DNA of 64,000 nucleotides from an uncultured Acidobacteriota bacterium (GTDB taxonomy: Bacteria; Acidobacteriota; Polarisedimenticolia; J045). The first letter of the stretch is position 1. Every line of letters starts with the position of its first letter. Positions 19,936 to 29,879 of this stretch are shown in pieces. Below the pieces are notes generated by a model. It worked only from the letters and a program-made list of their open reading frames with translations, searched no databases and was not told where the DNA came from. The stretch lies in NCBI GenBank assembly GCA_963702425.1, contig CAVPCQ010000040.1:75515-139514 (forward strand), given 5' to 3'. Position numbers and translations under genes: made by a program.

Positions 19936-21698
19936 CCCGCGTGCTGGTCGGCCTCGGCACCTGCGGCATCGCGGCCGGCGCGGAGGAGACGCTGCGCGCC
20001 GTCACGGCCAAGCTGGCTGCGGCGCCCGACGGCGTCGAGCTCGCGCGCGCCGGCTGCATCGGGATGTGCTACCGGGAGCCGCTCGTCGAGATCCGTCACG
20101 ACGACGGGGCGCGCTTCCTCTACGGCCCGATCGGCGCGGACCGCGTCGAGCGCCTGCTCGACGAGCACGTCGGGCAGGGCAAGCCGGTCGCCGAGTGGCT
20201 GGTCTGGTCGAGCGCCGGCGAGGGGAGCGAGAAGTCGTTCCTCGACCGCCAGCAGCGGATCGTCCTCCGGAACTGCGGCGTGATCGACCCCGAGGTCATC
20301 GACGACTACGTCGCGCGCGACGGCTACAAGGCGCAGGCCAGGGTCCTGGCCGATGGCGATCCCGACGGGCTGATCAACGTCATCGTCGAGTCCGGCCTGC
20401 GCGGCCGCGGCGGCGCCGGCTTCCTGACCGGGATGAAGTGGCGCTTCACGCGGCTCGCGCCCGGCCCGCACAAGTACATCATCTGCAACGCCGACGAGGG
20501 CGACCCCGGGGCGTTCATGGACCGCTCCGTGCTGGAGAGCGATCCCCACTCCGTACTCGAGGGGATGACGATCGCCGGCTACGCGATCGGCGCCGACCAC
20601 GGCTACATCTACGTCCGCGCCGAGTATCCCAAGGCGATCGAGCGGCTCAACATCGCGATCCGGCAGGCCGAGGAGCGCCGCTTCCTGGGCGACGGGATCC
20701 AGGGCTCGAACTTCTCGTTCCACGTCAAGCTCAAGGAGGGCGCCGGCGCCTTCGTCTGCGGCGAGGAGACGGCGCTGATCGCCTCGATCGAGGGCCGCCG
20801 CGGCATGCCGCGGGTCCGTCCCCCCTTCCCCGCCACCAAGGGGCTGTGGGACTGCCCGACCTCGATCAACAACGTCGAGACCTTCGCCAACGTCCCGTGG
20901 ATCGTCCAGAACGGCGCCGCGGCCTTCAACCGCCTCGGCACGAAGGACAGCAAGGGGACCAAGGTCTTCGCGATGGCGGGCAAGGTCAAGGACGGCGGCC
21001 TGGTCGAGGTCCCGATGGGGATCTCGATCAAGGAGATCGTCTTCGACGTCTGCGGCGGAATCAAGGGCGACCGCAAGTTCAAGGCGGTCCAGATGGGCGG
21101 CCCCTCCGGCGGCTGCATCCCGGCCGAGCTGCAGAACACCGTCATCGACTACGAGTCGATCAACAAGACCGGCGCGATCATGGGCTCGGGCGGACTCGTC
21201 GTGATGGACGAGACGACCTGCATGGTCGACATCGCCCGCTTCTTCCTCGAGTTCACGCAGCGCGAGTCGTGCGGCAAGTGCACCTTCTGCCGCGTCGGCA
21301 CCAAGCGGATGCTGGAGATCCTGACCCGCATCACCGAGGGCAAGGGGCAGGAGGGTGACATCGACCTGCTGGCCGACCTGGCCCAGCAGGTCCGGAACAG
21401 CTCGCTGTGCGGCCTGGGACAGACGGCGCCCAACCCCGTCCTCACGACGATCAAGTACTTCCGCTCGGAGTACGAGGCCCACATCGCGAACCGGAAGTGC
21501 CCGGCCCACCACTGCGCCAAGCTGCTCACCTTCACCATCACCGACGACTGCAACGGCTGCACGCTCTGCCTCAAGGCCTGCCCGACCGAGGCGATCACGG
21601 GCAGCCGGAAGGTCATGCACGTGATCGACCAGGAGCTCTGCATCGTCTGCGGCGAGTGCTACAACGCCTGCCGCTTCGACGCCATCGTCAGGGACTGA
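19932..21698 (+). CDS. nuoF: NuoF/HydB/StnB-like FMN/NADH subunit with N-terminal [2Fe-2S] and C-terminal 2[4Fe-4S] domains
   Basis: GTCG...CIGMC, GRGGAGF, CNADEGDPGAFMDR, CGEETALI, GGPSGG, CGKCTFC...CGLG, CNGCTLC/CIVCGEC; GTG overlaps the upstream stop. Confidence 0.92.
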   Translation: MTRVLVGLGTCGIAAGAEETLRAVTAKLAAAPDGVELARAGCIGMCYREPLVEIRHDDGARFLYGPIGADRVERLLDEHVGQGKPVAEWLVWSSAGEGSEKSFLDRQQRIVLRNCGVIDPEVIDDYVARDGYKAQARVLADGDPDGLINVIVESGLRGRGGAGFLTGMKWRFTRLAPGPHKYIICNADEGDPGAFMDRSVLESDPHSVLEGMTIAGYAIGADHGYIYVRAEYPKAIERLNIAIRQAEERRFLGDGIQGSNFSFHVKLKEGAGAFVCGEETALIASIEGRRGMPRVRPPFPATKGLWDCPTSINNVETFANVPWIVQNGAAAFNRLGTKDSKGTKVFAMAGKVKDGGLVEVPMGISIKEIVFDVCGGIKGDRKFKAVQMGGPSGGCIPAELQNTVIDYESINKTGAIMGSGGLVVMDETTCMVDIARFFLEFTQRESCGKCTFCRVGTKRMLEILTRITEGKGQEGDIDLLADLAQQVRNSSLCGLGQTAPNPVLTTIKYFRSEYEAHIANRKCPAHHCAKLLTFTITDDCNGCTLCLKACPTEAITGSRKVMHVIDQELCIVCGECYNACRFDAIVRD

Positions 21699-21725
21699 CC
21701 GTGAGGGACTGACCGGAGGTACTCG

Positions 21726-24700
21726 ATGGGTCTGGTCAAGCTGGAAATCGACGGCAAGCGGGTCATTGCCGAGTCGGGGCAGACGATCCTGGAAGCCGCG
21801 CGCGACAACGGGATCGACACCATCCCCACGCTGTGCCACGACCGCCAGCTCGAGCCGTTCTCTTCCTGCTATGTCTGCGTCGTCAAGGTGAAGGGCGCGC
21901 GCACGCTGCTCCCGGCTTGCTCGACCAAGGTCGCGGCCGGGATGAGCGTCGAGACCGGGAGCGACGAGGTCCGTCGCTCGCGCAAGGCGGCGCTCGAGCT
22001 GATGCTGTCCAACCACTACGCCGACTGCATCGGGCCCTGCCAGCTCGCCTGCCCGGCCGGGATCGACATCCAGGGCTACATCGCGCTGGCGGCACTGGGC
22101 AAGTACCACGACGCGATCCGCCTGATCAAGGACCGGAACCCGCTCCCCGCGATCTGCGGGCGGGTCTGCACGCGGCCGTGCGAGGTCTCGGGCTGCCGCC
22201 GCAACCTGCTCGACCAGGCGGTAGGAATCGATTACATCAAGCGCTACCTCGCGGATCTCGACCTGGGACGGACGGATTCCGTGGTCCCGACGATCCCTGC
22301 GCCCAACGGGCACCGCGTCGCCGTGGTCGGTGCCGGCCCGGCCGGCCTGTCCTGCGCCTACTACCTCGCGCTCCGCGGGTTCTCGGTGCAGATGTTCGAG
22401 AAGATGCCCGAGGCCGGCGGCATGCTGCGCTACGGGATCCCGGAGTACCGCCTGCCGAAGGAGATCCTGGACCTCGAGGTCAACCAGATCCTGGACCTCG
22501 GCGTGAAACTCTCCACCAACGTCGCGCTGGGCGCCGACTTCACGGTCCGGAGCCTGCGGGAGGATGACGGGTTCGACGCGGTCTTCCTGGGGATCGGCGC
22601 CTGGGACAGCACCGAGATGCGGGTGCAGAACGAGCGCACGGAGCGCGTGCTGTCGGGGATCGAGTTCCTGAAGAACTTCGGCCTGCGGCGCGCGCCGAAA
22701 CTGCACGGCCGGGTGATCGTCGTCGGAGGCGGCAACACGGCGGTCGACTGCGCGCGCACCGCGCTGCGCGTCGGCGCCGCCAACGTGACGATCCTCTACC
22801 GCCGCACCCGGGCCGAGATGCCCGCCAACGAGGTCGAGATCGTCGAGGCCGGCCACGAGGGCGTGACGATGGAGTTCCTCGCCGCCCCGGTGCGCGTGCT
22901 CGAGAAGGACGGGCGCGTGGCGGGGCTCGAGTGCATCCGGATGGAGCTGGGGGAGCCGGACGCCTCCGGACGCCGCAGCCCCAAGCCGTTGCGCGGCTCG
23001 GAGTACGTCGAGGAGTGCGACTTCGTGATCGCCGCGATCGGCCAGGCCACCACGGTGAGCGAGCTGATCGGCGGCCGGGTCCCGAATTTCCTGCCGCAGG
23101 GGGAGATGCTCAACCTGACGCGCTGGAAGACCATCCAGGTCAACGAGCAGACCTTCGAGACCTCGGTCGAGGGGGTCTTCTCCGGCGGCGACGTCGTCAC
23201 CGGCGCGGCGACCGCGATCGAGGCGATCGCCGCCGGCCGCAAGGCCGCGCACGCGATCGACGCCTACCTGACTCGGGGCAAGGCGGAACCCGAGCCGTGG
23301 GAGTTCTTCAGCCGCAGGGACACTTTCGGCAAGGTCACGGTCGCCGACCTGCCGAACCGCACCACCCCCGCCGCGCGGCCGATGCCGCTGATCTCGATCG
23401 AGGAGCGGAAGAACAGCTTCACCGAGGTCGAGACCGGCTTCACTCTGGAGGACGTCCTCGCCGAGTCGCACCGTTGCCTGGAGTGCGGCTGCGACGCGCT
23501 CTTCACCTGCGACCTCCGGAAGTACGCCACCGAGTACGGCGTCGACATCACCTCGTTCGTCGGCGAAGCGCTTCACCACGAGGTGGACCGGTCGCACCCG
23601 CTGATGACACTCGACCCGAACAAGTGCATCCTCTGCGGCCGTTGCGTGAGGATGTGCGGTGAAGTCGTCGGCGTCTCGGCCTACGGCTTCGTCAACCGCG
23701 GTTTCGCCACGGTGGTCCGCCCGGCGCTCGGCGGGAGCCTGCTCGAGACCGACTGCGTCAGCTGCGGACTGTGCATCGGCACCTGTCCCACCGGTGCGAT
23801 CGCGGCAGTGTCGCACCTCGACAAGCCGGGACCGTGGAAGAGCGAGCGCGTCCCGACGGTCTGCCACTTCTGTGGAGTCGGCTGCCGGCTCAACTACGAG
23901 TACTACGGCGAGACGCTGCTCGACGCCTCGCGCGCCGAGGACAGCGCCGTGACCTGCGGCAACTACTGCCGCAAGGGCCGATTCGGGTTCCGCTGGGTCC
24001 AGGATCGGGAGCGCCTCGTCGTGCCGCGGATCCGCGGCGGCCGCGAACAGCAGCCGACTTCGCTCGACGACGCGCTGACCTTCACCGCGAGCCGCCTCAA
24101 GGACCTCAAGCGGCGCATCCCGGGCCGCGAGATCGCGGTCTTCGTCTCGCCGCGCCTCTCCAACGAGGAGATCTTCCTGGCCCAGAAGTTCGCGCGGGTT
24201 GCGCTGGGAACCCACAACGTGACGACCTTCGCGTCGCTGGCCAACCCCGATCTCTTCTGCCCGGACGTGGTCTCGACCGGCTCCTATCGCGACCTGCTCG
24301 ACGCGCAGGCGATCGTCGTCGTCAATTCCCGGACCGACGACGAGCACTTCGTCGCCGATCTCCTGGCCAAGCGCGCGATCCGCCAGGGGACGAAGCTGAT
24401 CTACGTCGGCGCCGGCGAGAACCGGACCTCGAGCCTGGCCGAGGTCTGGCTCCCTTGCCGGCCGGGAACGGAAGCCGAGGTGCTCGTCGCGCTCGCCGCC
24501 GCCGCGGCGGGCGACGGGGACGCCTTCGAGTCGCACCCGGCGCTGGCCGAGGCCGCCCGCGGTCTGTCGACCGCGACGCTCGCGGAGCGCGCGGGGATCG
24601 ACCCCTCCGACTTCGACGAAGCGGCGCGGATCCTGGCCAAGAGCGTGCTGAAGGTCGTCGTCTTCAACAAGGACTTCCGCGGCCCGCGGGTCGCCGGCGA

Positions 24701-25496
24701 CGAGCGGATCTTCGCCGCCGCGGCCGACGCGCTGGGCGCCAGCTTCCTCGCGCTGCGCGAGAAGTCGAACATGCAGGGGCTGCTCGACATGGGTGCGCAC
24801 CCGTCCTGGTTCCCGGGGTACCAGAAGACCGACGACGCGGCGGCAATCGAGGCGCTCGAGAGGGAGTGGTGCGTGACGCTGCTCGACCTCGACCGCGAGT
24901 GCGCCGACGTGGCCGACCTCTTGCGGCGCAAGGCGATCAAGGTCGCGGTGGTGCTGGGCGAGGACCCCTTCGGCACGCCCGACCTCCCGGAGGAGCTGCG
25001 GGCCGGGCTCGAGGCGGTCGATCTGCTCGTCGTGGCCGACGTCGTGGACACCGCGACCACCCGCGCGGCCGACGTCGTCCTGCCGCTCTCGGCCCCGGCC
25101 GAGACCTCCGGGACCTTCACGAACCAGGAGCGGCGGGTCCAGCGCTTCCGCCGCGCGGTCGCGCCCCGCTCGGGGATCGAGACCTGGCAGCTGCTCTGCG
25201 AGCTGACGGCGCGCCTCGGGCTGCGCTTCAAGATGAAGTACGCCGGCGTCGACGCGGTGACCGAGGAGATCCGGCGGATCGTGCCGATCTACCGGGACGT
25301 CGTGGTGGACAGTCCCGACGCCGACGGGACGTGGGACCTGGCCCGCTTCCCGCTGCCGCGGCGCCCGGCCGACTCCACCGGCCTGGGCCGCGCGGATGTC
25401 CCCGCCGCGACCCTCCCTCTCGACGCCCTCGAGGCTCGCTTCGCAAGCTGGTTCGAGAAGACGATCGCCGAAGCCCAGAAGGCCCTGACTGGATAG
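21726..25496 (+). CDS. StnC-like fusion: NuoG-type [2Fe-2S], GltD-like FAD/NADP domain, 4Fe-4S clusters and cofactor-less FDH-like domain
   Basis: IPTLC..C..C, CGRVCTRPC, GAGPAG, GGGNTA, YRRT, CILCGRC, CVSCGLC, CHFCGVGC..CRKGRFG, ADVVLP..ETSGTFTNQERRVQ; no H-cluster motifs. Confidence 0.85.
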   Translation: MGLVKLEIDGKRVIAESGQTILEAARDNGIDTIPTLCHDRQLEPFSSCYVCVVKVKGARTLLPACSTKVAAGMSVETGSDEVRRSRKAALELMLSNHYADCIGPCQLACPAGIDIQGYIALAALGKYHDAIRLIKDRNPLPAICGRVCTRPCEVSGCRRNLLDQAVGIDYIKRYLADLDLGRTDSVVPTIPAPNGHRVAVVGAGPAGLSCAYYLALRGFSVQMFEKMPEAGGMLRYGIPEYRLPKEILDLEVNQILDLGVKLSTNVALGADFTVRSLREDDGFDAVFLGIGAWDSTEMRVQNERTERVLSGIEFLKNFGLRRAPKLHGRVIVVGGGNTAVDCARTALRVGAANVTILYRRTRAEMPANEVEIVEAGHEGVTMEFLAAPVRVLEKDGRVAGLECIRMELGEPDASGRRSPKPLRGSEYVEECDFVIAAIGQATTVSELIGGRVPNFLPQGEMLNLTRWKTIQVNEQTFETSVEGVFSGGDVVTGAATAIEAIAAGRKAAHAIDAYLTRGKAEPEPWEFFSRRDTFGKVTVADLPNRTTPAARPMPLISIEERKNSFTEVETGFTLEDVLAESHRCLECGCDALFTCDLRKYATEYGVDITSFVGEALHHEVDRSHPLMTLDPNKCILCGRCVRMCGEVVGVSAYGFVNRGFATVVRPALGGSLLETDCVSCGLCIGTCPTGAIAAVSHLDKPGPWKSERVPTVCHFCGVGCRLNYEYYGETLLDASRAEDSAVTCGNYCRKGRFGFRWVQDRERLVVPRIRGGREQQPTSLDDALTFTASRLKDLKRRIPGREIAVFVSPRLSNEEIFLAQKFARVALGTHNVTTFASLANPDLFCPDVVSTGSYRDLLDAQAIVVVNSRTDDEHFVADLLAKRAIRQGTKLIYVGAGENRTSSLAEVWLPCRPGTEAEVLVALAAAAAGDGDAFESHPALAEAARGLSTATLAERAGIDPSDFDEAARILAKSVLKVVVFNKDFRGPRVAGDERIFAAAADALGASFLALREKSNMQGLLDMGAHPSWFPGYQKTDDAAAIEALEREWCVTLLDLDRECADVADLLRRKAIKVAVVLGEDPFGTPDLPEELRAGLEAVDLLVVADVVDTATTRAADVVLPLSAPAETSGTFTNQERRVQRFRRAVAPRSGIETWQLLCELTARLGLRFKMKYAGVDAVTEEIRRIVPIYRDVVVDSPDADGTWDLARFPLPRRPADSTGLGRADVPAATLPLDALEARFASWFEKTIAEAQKALTG

Positions 25497-25527
25497 ACTG
25501 TCGCCGCTTCCCCGCGGAGGGCGCGCC

Positions 25528-27928
25528 TTGTACCGCATCGTCAAGCGCGAGCAGTTCGGCCCGGTGACATTCCTCTGGGACGTGGAGGCGCCGGCCCTCG
25601 CCCGCGCCGCACGGCCGGGCCACTTCCTGATGGTCCGCATCGACGAGACCGGAGAGCGGATCCCGCTGACGGTCGCCGATTTCGACCGCGAGCGCGGGAC
25701 GGTGACCGTCGTGATCCAGACGGTCGGCAAGACGACCCGGCAGATGATGGAGCTTCCCGAGGGGGCCCAGCTGCTGGACTTCGTCGGGCCGCTCGGGCTG
25801 CCCAGCCACATCGGAACGCCCGGCAAGACGGTGCTCGTCGGCGGCGGACTCGGCGTGGCGCCGGTCTTCCCCCAGCTCCGCGCCTACAAGGAGATGGGCA
25901 ACCCGACGATCGCGATCATCGGGTTCCGCAACAAGGACCTGATGTTCTGGGACGACAGGTTCCGGAGGTATTCGGACGAGCTGGTGGTCACGACCGACGA
26001 CGGCTCGTTCGGGATGAAGGGGTTCGTCACCCACGCGTTGCAGCAGGTGCTCGACGCGCACCCGGACGTGAAAGAGGTCGTCGCAATCGGGCCGCTCGTC
26101 ATGATGCGGGCCTGCGCCGAGGTGACGCGGCCGCGCGGGATCCACACGCTCGTCAGCCTGAACTCGATCATGGTCGACGGGACCGGGATGTGCGGCTCCT
26201 GCCGCGTGACGATCGACGACCAGATGGCGTTCGCCTGTGTCGACGGCCCGGACTTCGACGGCCACAAGGTCAACTTCGACGAGCTGATGCTGCGGCAGAA
26301 GCGCTTCGAATGGGAAGAGCGCGAGGCGCTCGAACGCTACGCCCGGGAGACCCAGCGGGTCGCCTCGCTCCGGCTCCCGTCGAGCGATCCGCCGGCGGTG
26401 GCCGCCGTCGAGTCGATCGTCAAGCCGCCCGTCCCGGAACCGCTCCCGCCGCCGGCCCCCGGCGCGCCGCCCGTCGTCAAGACGATGCGCACGGTCCGGC
26501 CGACCCGCACGCCGATGCCCGAGCAGCCGGCCGGCGTCCGGGCGCACAACTTCGAGGAGGTCACCCTCGGGTTCTCGCTCGACGACGCGCTGGGCGAGGC
26601 CGACCGCTGCCTGGGGTGCAAGAAGCCGCGCTGCGTGCCCGGGTGCCCGGTCGGGATCGACATCCCGGGCTTCATCGGCGCCCTCGCGCGCCACGATCTG
26701 CGGGAGTCGTACCGGATCCTGAAGGCCTCGAACGCGCTCCCGTCGGTCTGCGGCCGCGTCTGCCCGCAGGAGAGCCAGTGCGAGGCGCCGTGCATCCTGA
26801 GCGGGCGGATGGAGCCGGTCGCGATCGGGCGTCTCGAGCGCTTCGTCGCCGATTTCGGACTCGGCAGGGGTTGGGACGAAACACCCAGCGCCCCGAAGAC
26901 CGGGCAAGAAGGCCGCGATCATCGGCTCCGGCCCCGCCGGGCTCGCCTGTGCCGGTGACCTGATCAAGCACGGCCTGGAGGTCACCGTCTTCGAGGCCCT
27001 GCACGTCGCGGGCGGCGTACTCAAGTACGGCATCCCGGAGTTCCGGCTGCCGAACTACATCATCGACGTCGAGGTCGACAACCTGCGGAAGCTCGGCGTG
27101 AAGATCGAGCTGGACGCGGTGATCGGGAAGCTCCACACCATCCCCGAGCTGATGACCGAGATGGGCTACGGCGCCGTCTTCATCAGCACCGGCGCCGGCT
27201 CGCCGCGGTTCATGAACATCCCGGGCGAGGCGTTCAACGGCGTCTTCTCGGCCAACGAGTTCCTCACGCGCGTCAACCTGATGCGCGGCAACGAGCGCCC
27301 GCTGTACGACACCCCGGTCGGGATGGGCCGCCGGGTCGCGGTCGTCGGCGCCGGCAACACCGCGATGGACGCCGCGCGCGTCGCGCTGCGGCTGGGCGCC
27401 GAGCGGGTGATGGTCGTCTACCGCCGCAGCGAGGCCGAGTCGCCGGCGCGCGTCGAGGAGCTGCACCACGCCCAGGAGGAGGGCGTGGAGTTCATGTGGC
27501 TCACCAACCCGGTGCGGATCCTCGGCAGCGACGAGGGCTGGGTCTCCGGGATGGAATGCGTCGAGATGACGCTGGGCGAGCCGGACGCCTCCGGCCGCCG
27601 GCGGCCGATCCCGAAGGAAGGGAGCGAGCGGCTGATCGACGTCGACACCGTGATCTGCGCGCTGGGAACGTCGTCCAACCCGATCATCGCGCAGACCACG
27701 CCCGGGCTGAAGACCAACAAGTGGGGCTACATCGAGATCGACGAGGCGACCGGCGCGACCTCACTGCCGGGCGTCTACGCGGGCGGCGACATCGTGACCG
27801 GCGCCGCGACCGTCATCCTGGCGATGGGCGCCGGCCGCAAGGCCGCCGCCGGCATGCTGCAGCACCTGGGGCTGGCTCCGAAGCCGCCCAGCGAGTTCAC
27901 CGAGGCCACCGAGTTCGAGGAGGAGTGA
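25528..27928 (+). CDS. nfnAB: Fused NfnA-NfnB (NADH-dependent ferredoxin:NADP+ oxidoreductase); apparent +1 frameshift at about 26903
   Basis: NfnA: ERIPLT, GPLG, DGTGMCGSC..CVDGP; Pro-rich linker; NfnB: CLGCKKPRC..CP, CGRVCPQESQC, IIGSGPAG, EFLTRVN, GAGNTAMD, YRRS; TTG start with GGAGG. Confidence 0.9.
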
Positions 27929-27933
27929 GAGCG

Positions 27934-28569
27934 ATGCCTTCCACCTGTCCCAAGTGCCGCCAGGTCGTGGCCGAGGACATCGTCTGCTGCGCCGAGCTGC
28001 GCTACACCTGGAAGTGCACGAGTTGTCACAAGCTCTCGACCGGCTTCGCGCTTCCGTTCGGGCGCTGCTTCCTCTGCGGCGGGACGGTCGCGGTGGTCGC
28101 GGGGCGCGAGATCGAAGACCCGATGCGGGTCCGCCCGATCCGCGACGCCGTACAGTTCGAGCTGAACACCTACCACTTCTACCGCCTGGCGATGGCGAAG
28201 GCGACCGACCCGACGCTCAAGGCGATCCTCGAGCAGCTCTTCCTGCACGAGAAGGACCACCTACACGCGCTGCAGGAGAAGTACCACACCCACATGGACG
28301 ACACCGTGCTGAACCTCCGGCCCGATGCCGACGCGCTGCTGGCCGACGAGCTGTTCGCCGGGATCGACTTCCGGGACCCGCGGGGCGGGCCGCTCGGCCT
28401 GTACGACAAGGCGATCGAGATCGAGCGCCGCAACCGCGACTACTTCAAGTCGATGGCGGCCTCGCTGCCGGCCGGACCCGAGCAGGAGATCTGCCTCGAG
28501 CTGGGCGCCGAGGAAGACGAGCACATGGCGATTCTGGAAACAGAGCGCGAGCAGTTCGTGAAATCGTAG
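27934..28569 (+). CDS. Ferritin/rubrerythrin-like diiron protein with N-terminal zinc ribbons
   Basis: CPKC, CC, CTSC, CFLC, then E..TYHFY, EKDH, E....YF, EDEH. Confidence 0.75.
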   Translation: MPSTCPKCRQVVAEDIVCCAELRYTWKCTSCHKLSTGFALPFGRCFLCGGTVAVVAGREIEDPMRVRPIRDAVQFELNTYHFYRLAMAKATDPTLKAILEQLFLHEKDHLHALQEKYHTHMDDTVLNLRPDADALLADELFAGIDFRDPRGGPLGLYDKAIEIERRNRDYFKSMAASLPAGPEQEICLELGAEEDEHMAILETEREQFVKS

Positions 28570-28583
28570 GGGGCAGACGGACC

Positions 28584-29123
28584 ATGACCGGCCAACCCGC
28601 GCCACTGCGCTACCAGATGGTCAACGTGCAGAACGGCTACGTGATCATCGAGAAGGAGGTCTTCAGCGGTGCCGCGCGCGCCTACTTCTCGACCGAGCCG
28701 GTTCCTCCGAAAGAGGAGTACCGCGAGGGAGCCAGGATCTGGAAGTACGGCGGGATGGCGCAGTCCTTCCAGTTCGACGTTCTGGACCGCGAGACCGGAA
28801 CGATCACCCCCTTCCGCGAGATGCTGGGGCTGATGTACTACGGCTGCGCCCGGCCGGGCACGGACCTGCGCCGCCTCGGCGAGCTGGCCCACGAGGACCG
28901 GATCTCGATCTACGTCGCTCTCGCCTACGAGGGCCCGGACGGGTCTCCGCGGCAGATGCCGCTCGAGAAGCTGTCGATCCTCAACCGGGCCTTCAACGAG
29001 CGACTGCGGTCGGCGGAGAAGAAGATCCTGATCGTCCCGGACTGCTTCGGGCTGTACAAGGACATGTCGCACGGCGAGGTCATGATCGATTTCGGCTTGA
29101 CTACGATGGAAGAGGAAGCCTGA
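28584..29123 (+). CDS. Hypothetical protein (179 aa)
   Basis: Host-like codon usage, tight operon spacing, no motif recognised. Confidence 0.7.
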   Translation: MTGQPAPLRYQMVNVQNGYVIIEKEVFSGAARAYFSTEPVPPKEEYREGARIWKYGGMAQSFQFDVLDRETGTITPFREMLGLMYYGCARPGTDLRRLGELAHEDRISIYVALAYEGPDGSPRQMPLEKLSILNRAFNERLRSAEKKILIVPDCFGLYKDMSHGEVMIDFGLTTMEEEA

Positions 29124-29145
29124 GCGGCAGGCGGAGAGGGACACG

Positions 29146-29478
29146 ATGAAACTGCGGGAGATCGCCGAAAAGCTGGAACTGAAGCCCCTGACCAAAGACC
29201 TCTACGACAAGGACGTGACCGGGGTCTATATTTCCGACATGGTCAGCGACGTGATCGCCAACGCGCACGCCGGGAGCCTGCTCGTGACGGCCCAGATCCA
29301 CAACAACGTGATCGCCGCGGCCAACCTGGTGGACGTCGCCGCGATCATCGTGGCCCAGGGCAAGACCCCGGCCGAGGACGTGGTGAAGATGGCGGACAAG
29401 GCCGAGCTGGCGCTGTTCGCGACACCGCTCAGTCGCTGGCAGGTCGCCACGCGCCTCTACGAGGTCGGCCTCCGGTGA
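29146..29478 (+). CDS. DRTGG-domain protein
   Basis: VTGVYISDMVSDVIA...LLVT...AANLVDVAAIIV. Confidence 0.8.
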   Translation: MKLREIAEKLELKPLTKDLYDKDVTGVYISDMVSDVIANAHAGSLLVTAQIHNNVIAAANLVDVAAIIVAQGKTPAEDVVKMADKAELALFATPLSRWQVATRLYEVGLR

Positions 29479-29879
29479 GCACCCGCGGGAGCCATCCCCC
29501 GGCCGATCCCGCTGCCCGGAAACCGCTCCGGATGGCGGATCTGCTGGAGCTCCTGCGCTGCGAAGTGATCTCCGGCAGCGACCAGCTCGACGGTTTCGAG
29601 CCGACCGGCTTCTTCGCGGCCGACCTGATGAGCGACGTGCTGGCCTTCGCCCACCCGGGCAACGTGCTCCTGACCGGCCTGACCAGCCTGCAGGCGGTCC
29701 ACACCGCGGACGTGGCCGAGATGCCCGCGATCGTCTTCGTCGACGGCAAGCGCCCGATCGACGACGTCCGCGAGACGGCGGAGCGCCGCGGCATCCCGCT
29801 GCTCGCCACCCGCTTCGACATGTTCGAGGCCTGCGGCCGGCTCTACGAAGCGGGCCACGTCGCGAGGCGCAAGCCATGA
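29475..29879 (+). CDS. DRTGG-domain protein
   Basis: FAADLMSDVLA, LLTGL, FVDGKRP, MFEACGRLY. Confidence 0.8.
   Translation: MSTRGSHPPADPAARKPLRMADLLELLRCEVISGSDQLDGFEPTGFFAADLMSDVLAFAHPGNVLLTGLTSLQAVHTADVAEMPAIVFVDGKRPIDDVRETAERRGIPLLATRFDMFEACGRLYEAGHVARRKP

Noticed and set aside
19465-25496. Respiratory complex I, formate dehydrogenase or catalytic HydABC
   Set aside because: No membrane nuo genes; the FDH-like domain lacks a clear Mo/W-ligand motif and the C-terminal cofactor-binding domain; no H-cluster motifs in the large subunit
21726-27928. Glutamate synthase small-subunit (gltD) genes
   Set aside because: The GltD-like domains are fused into StnC-like and NfnA contexts and no gltB is present in the window
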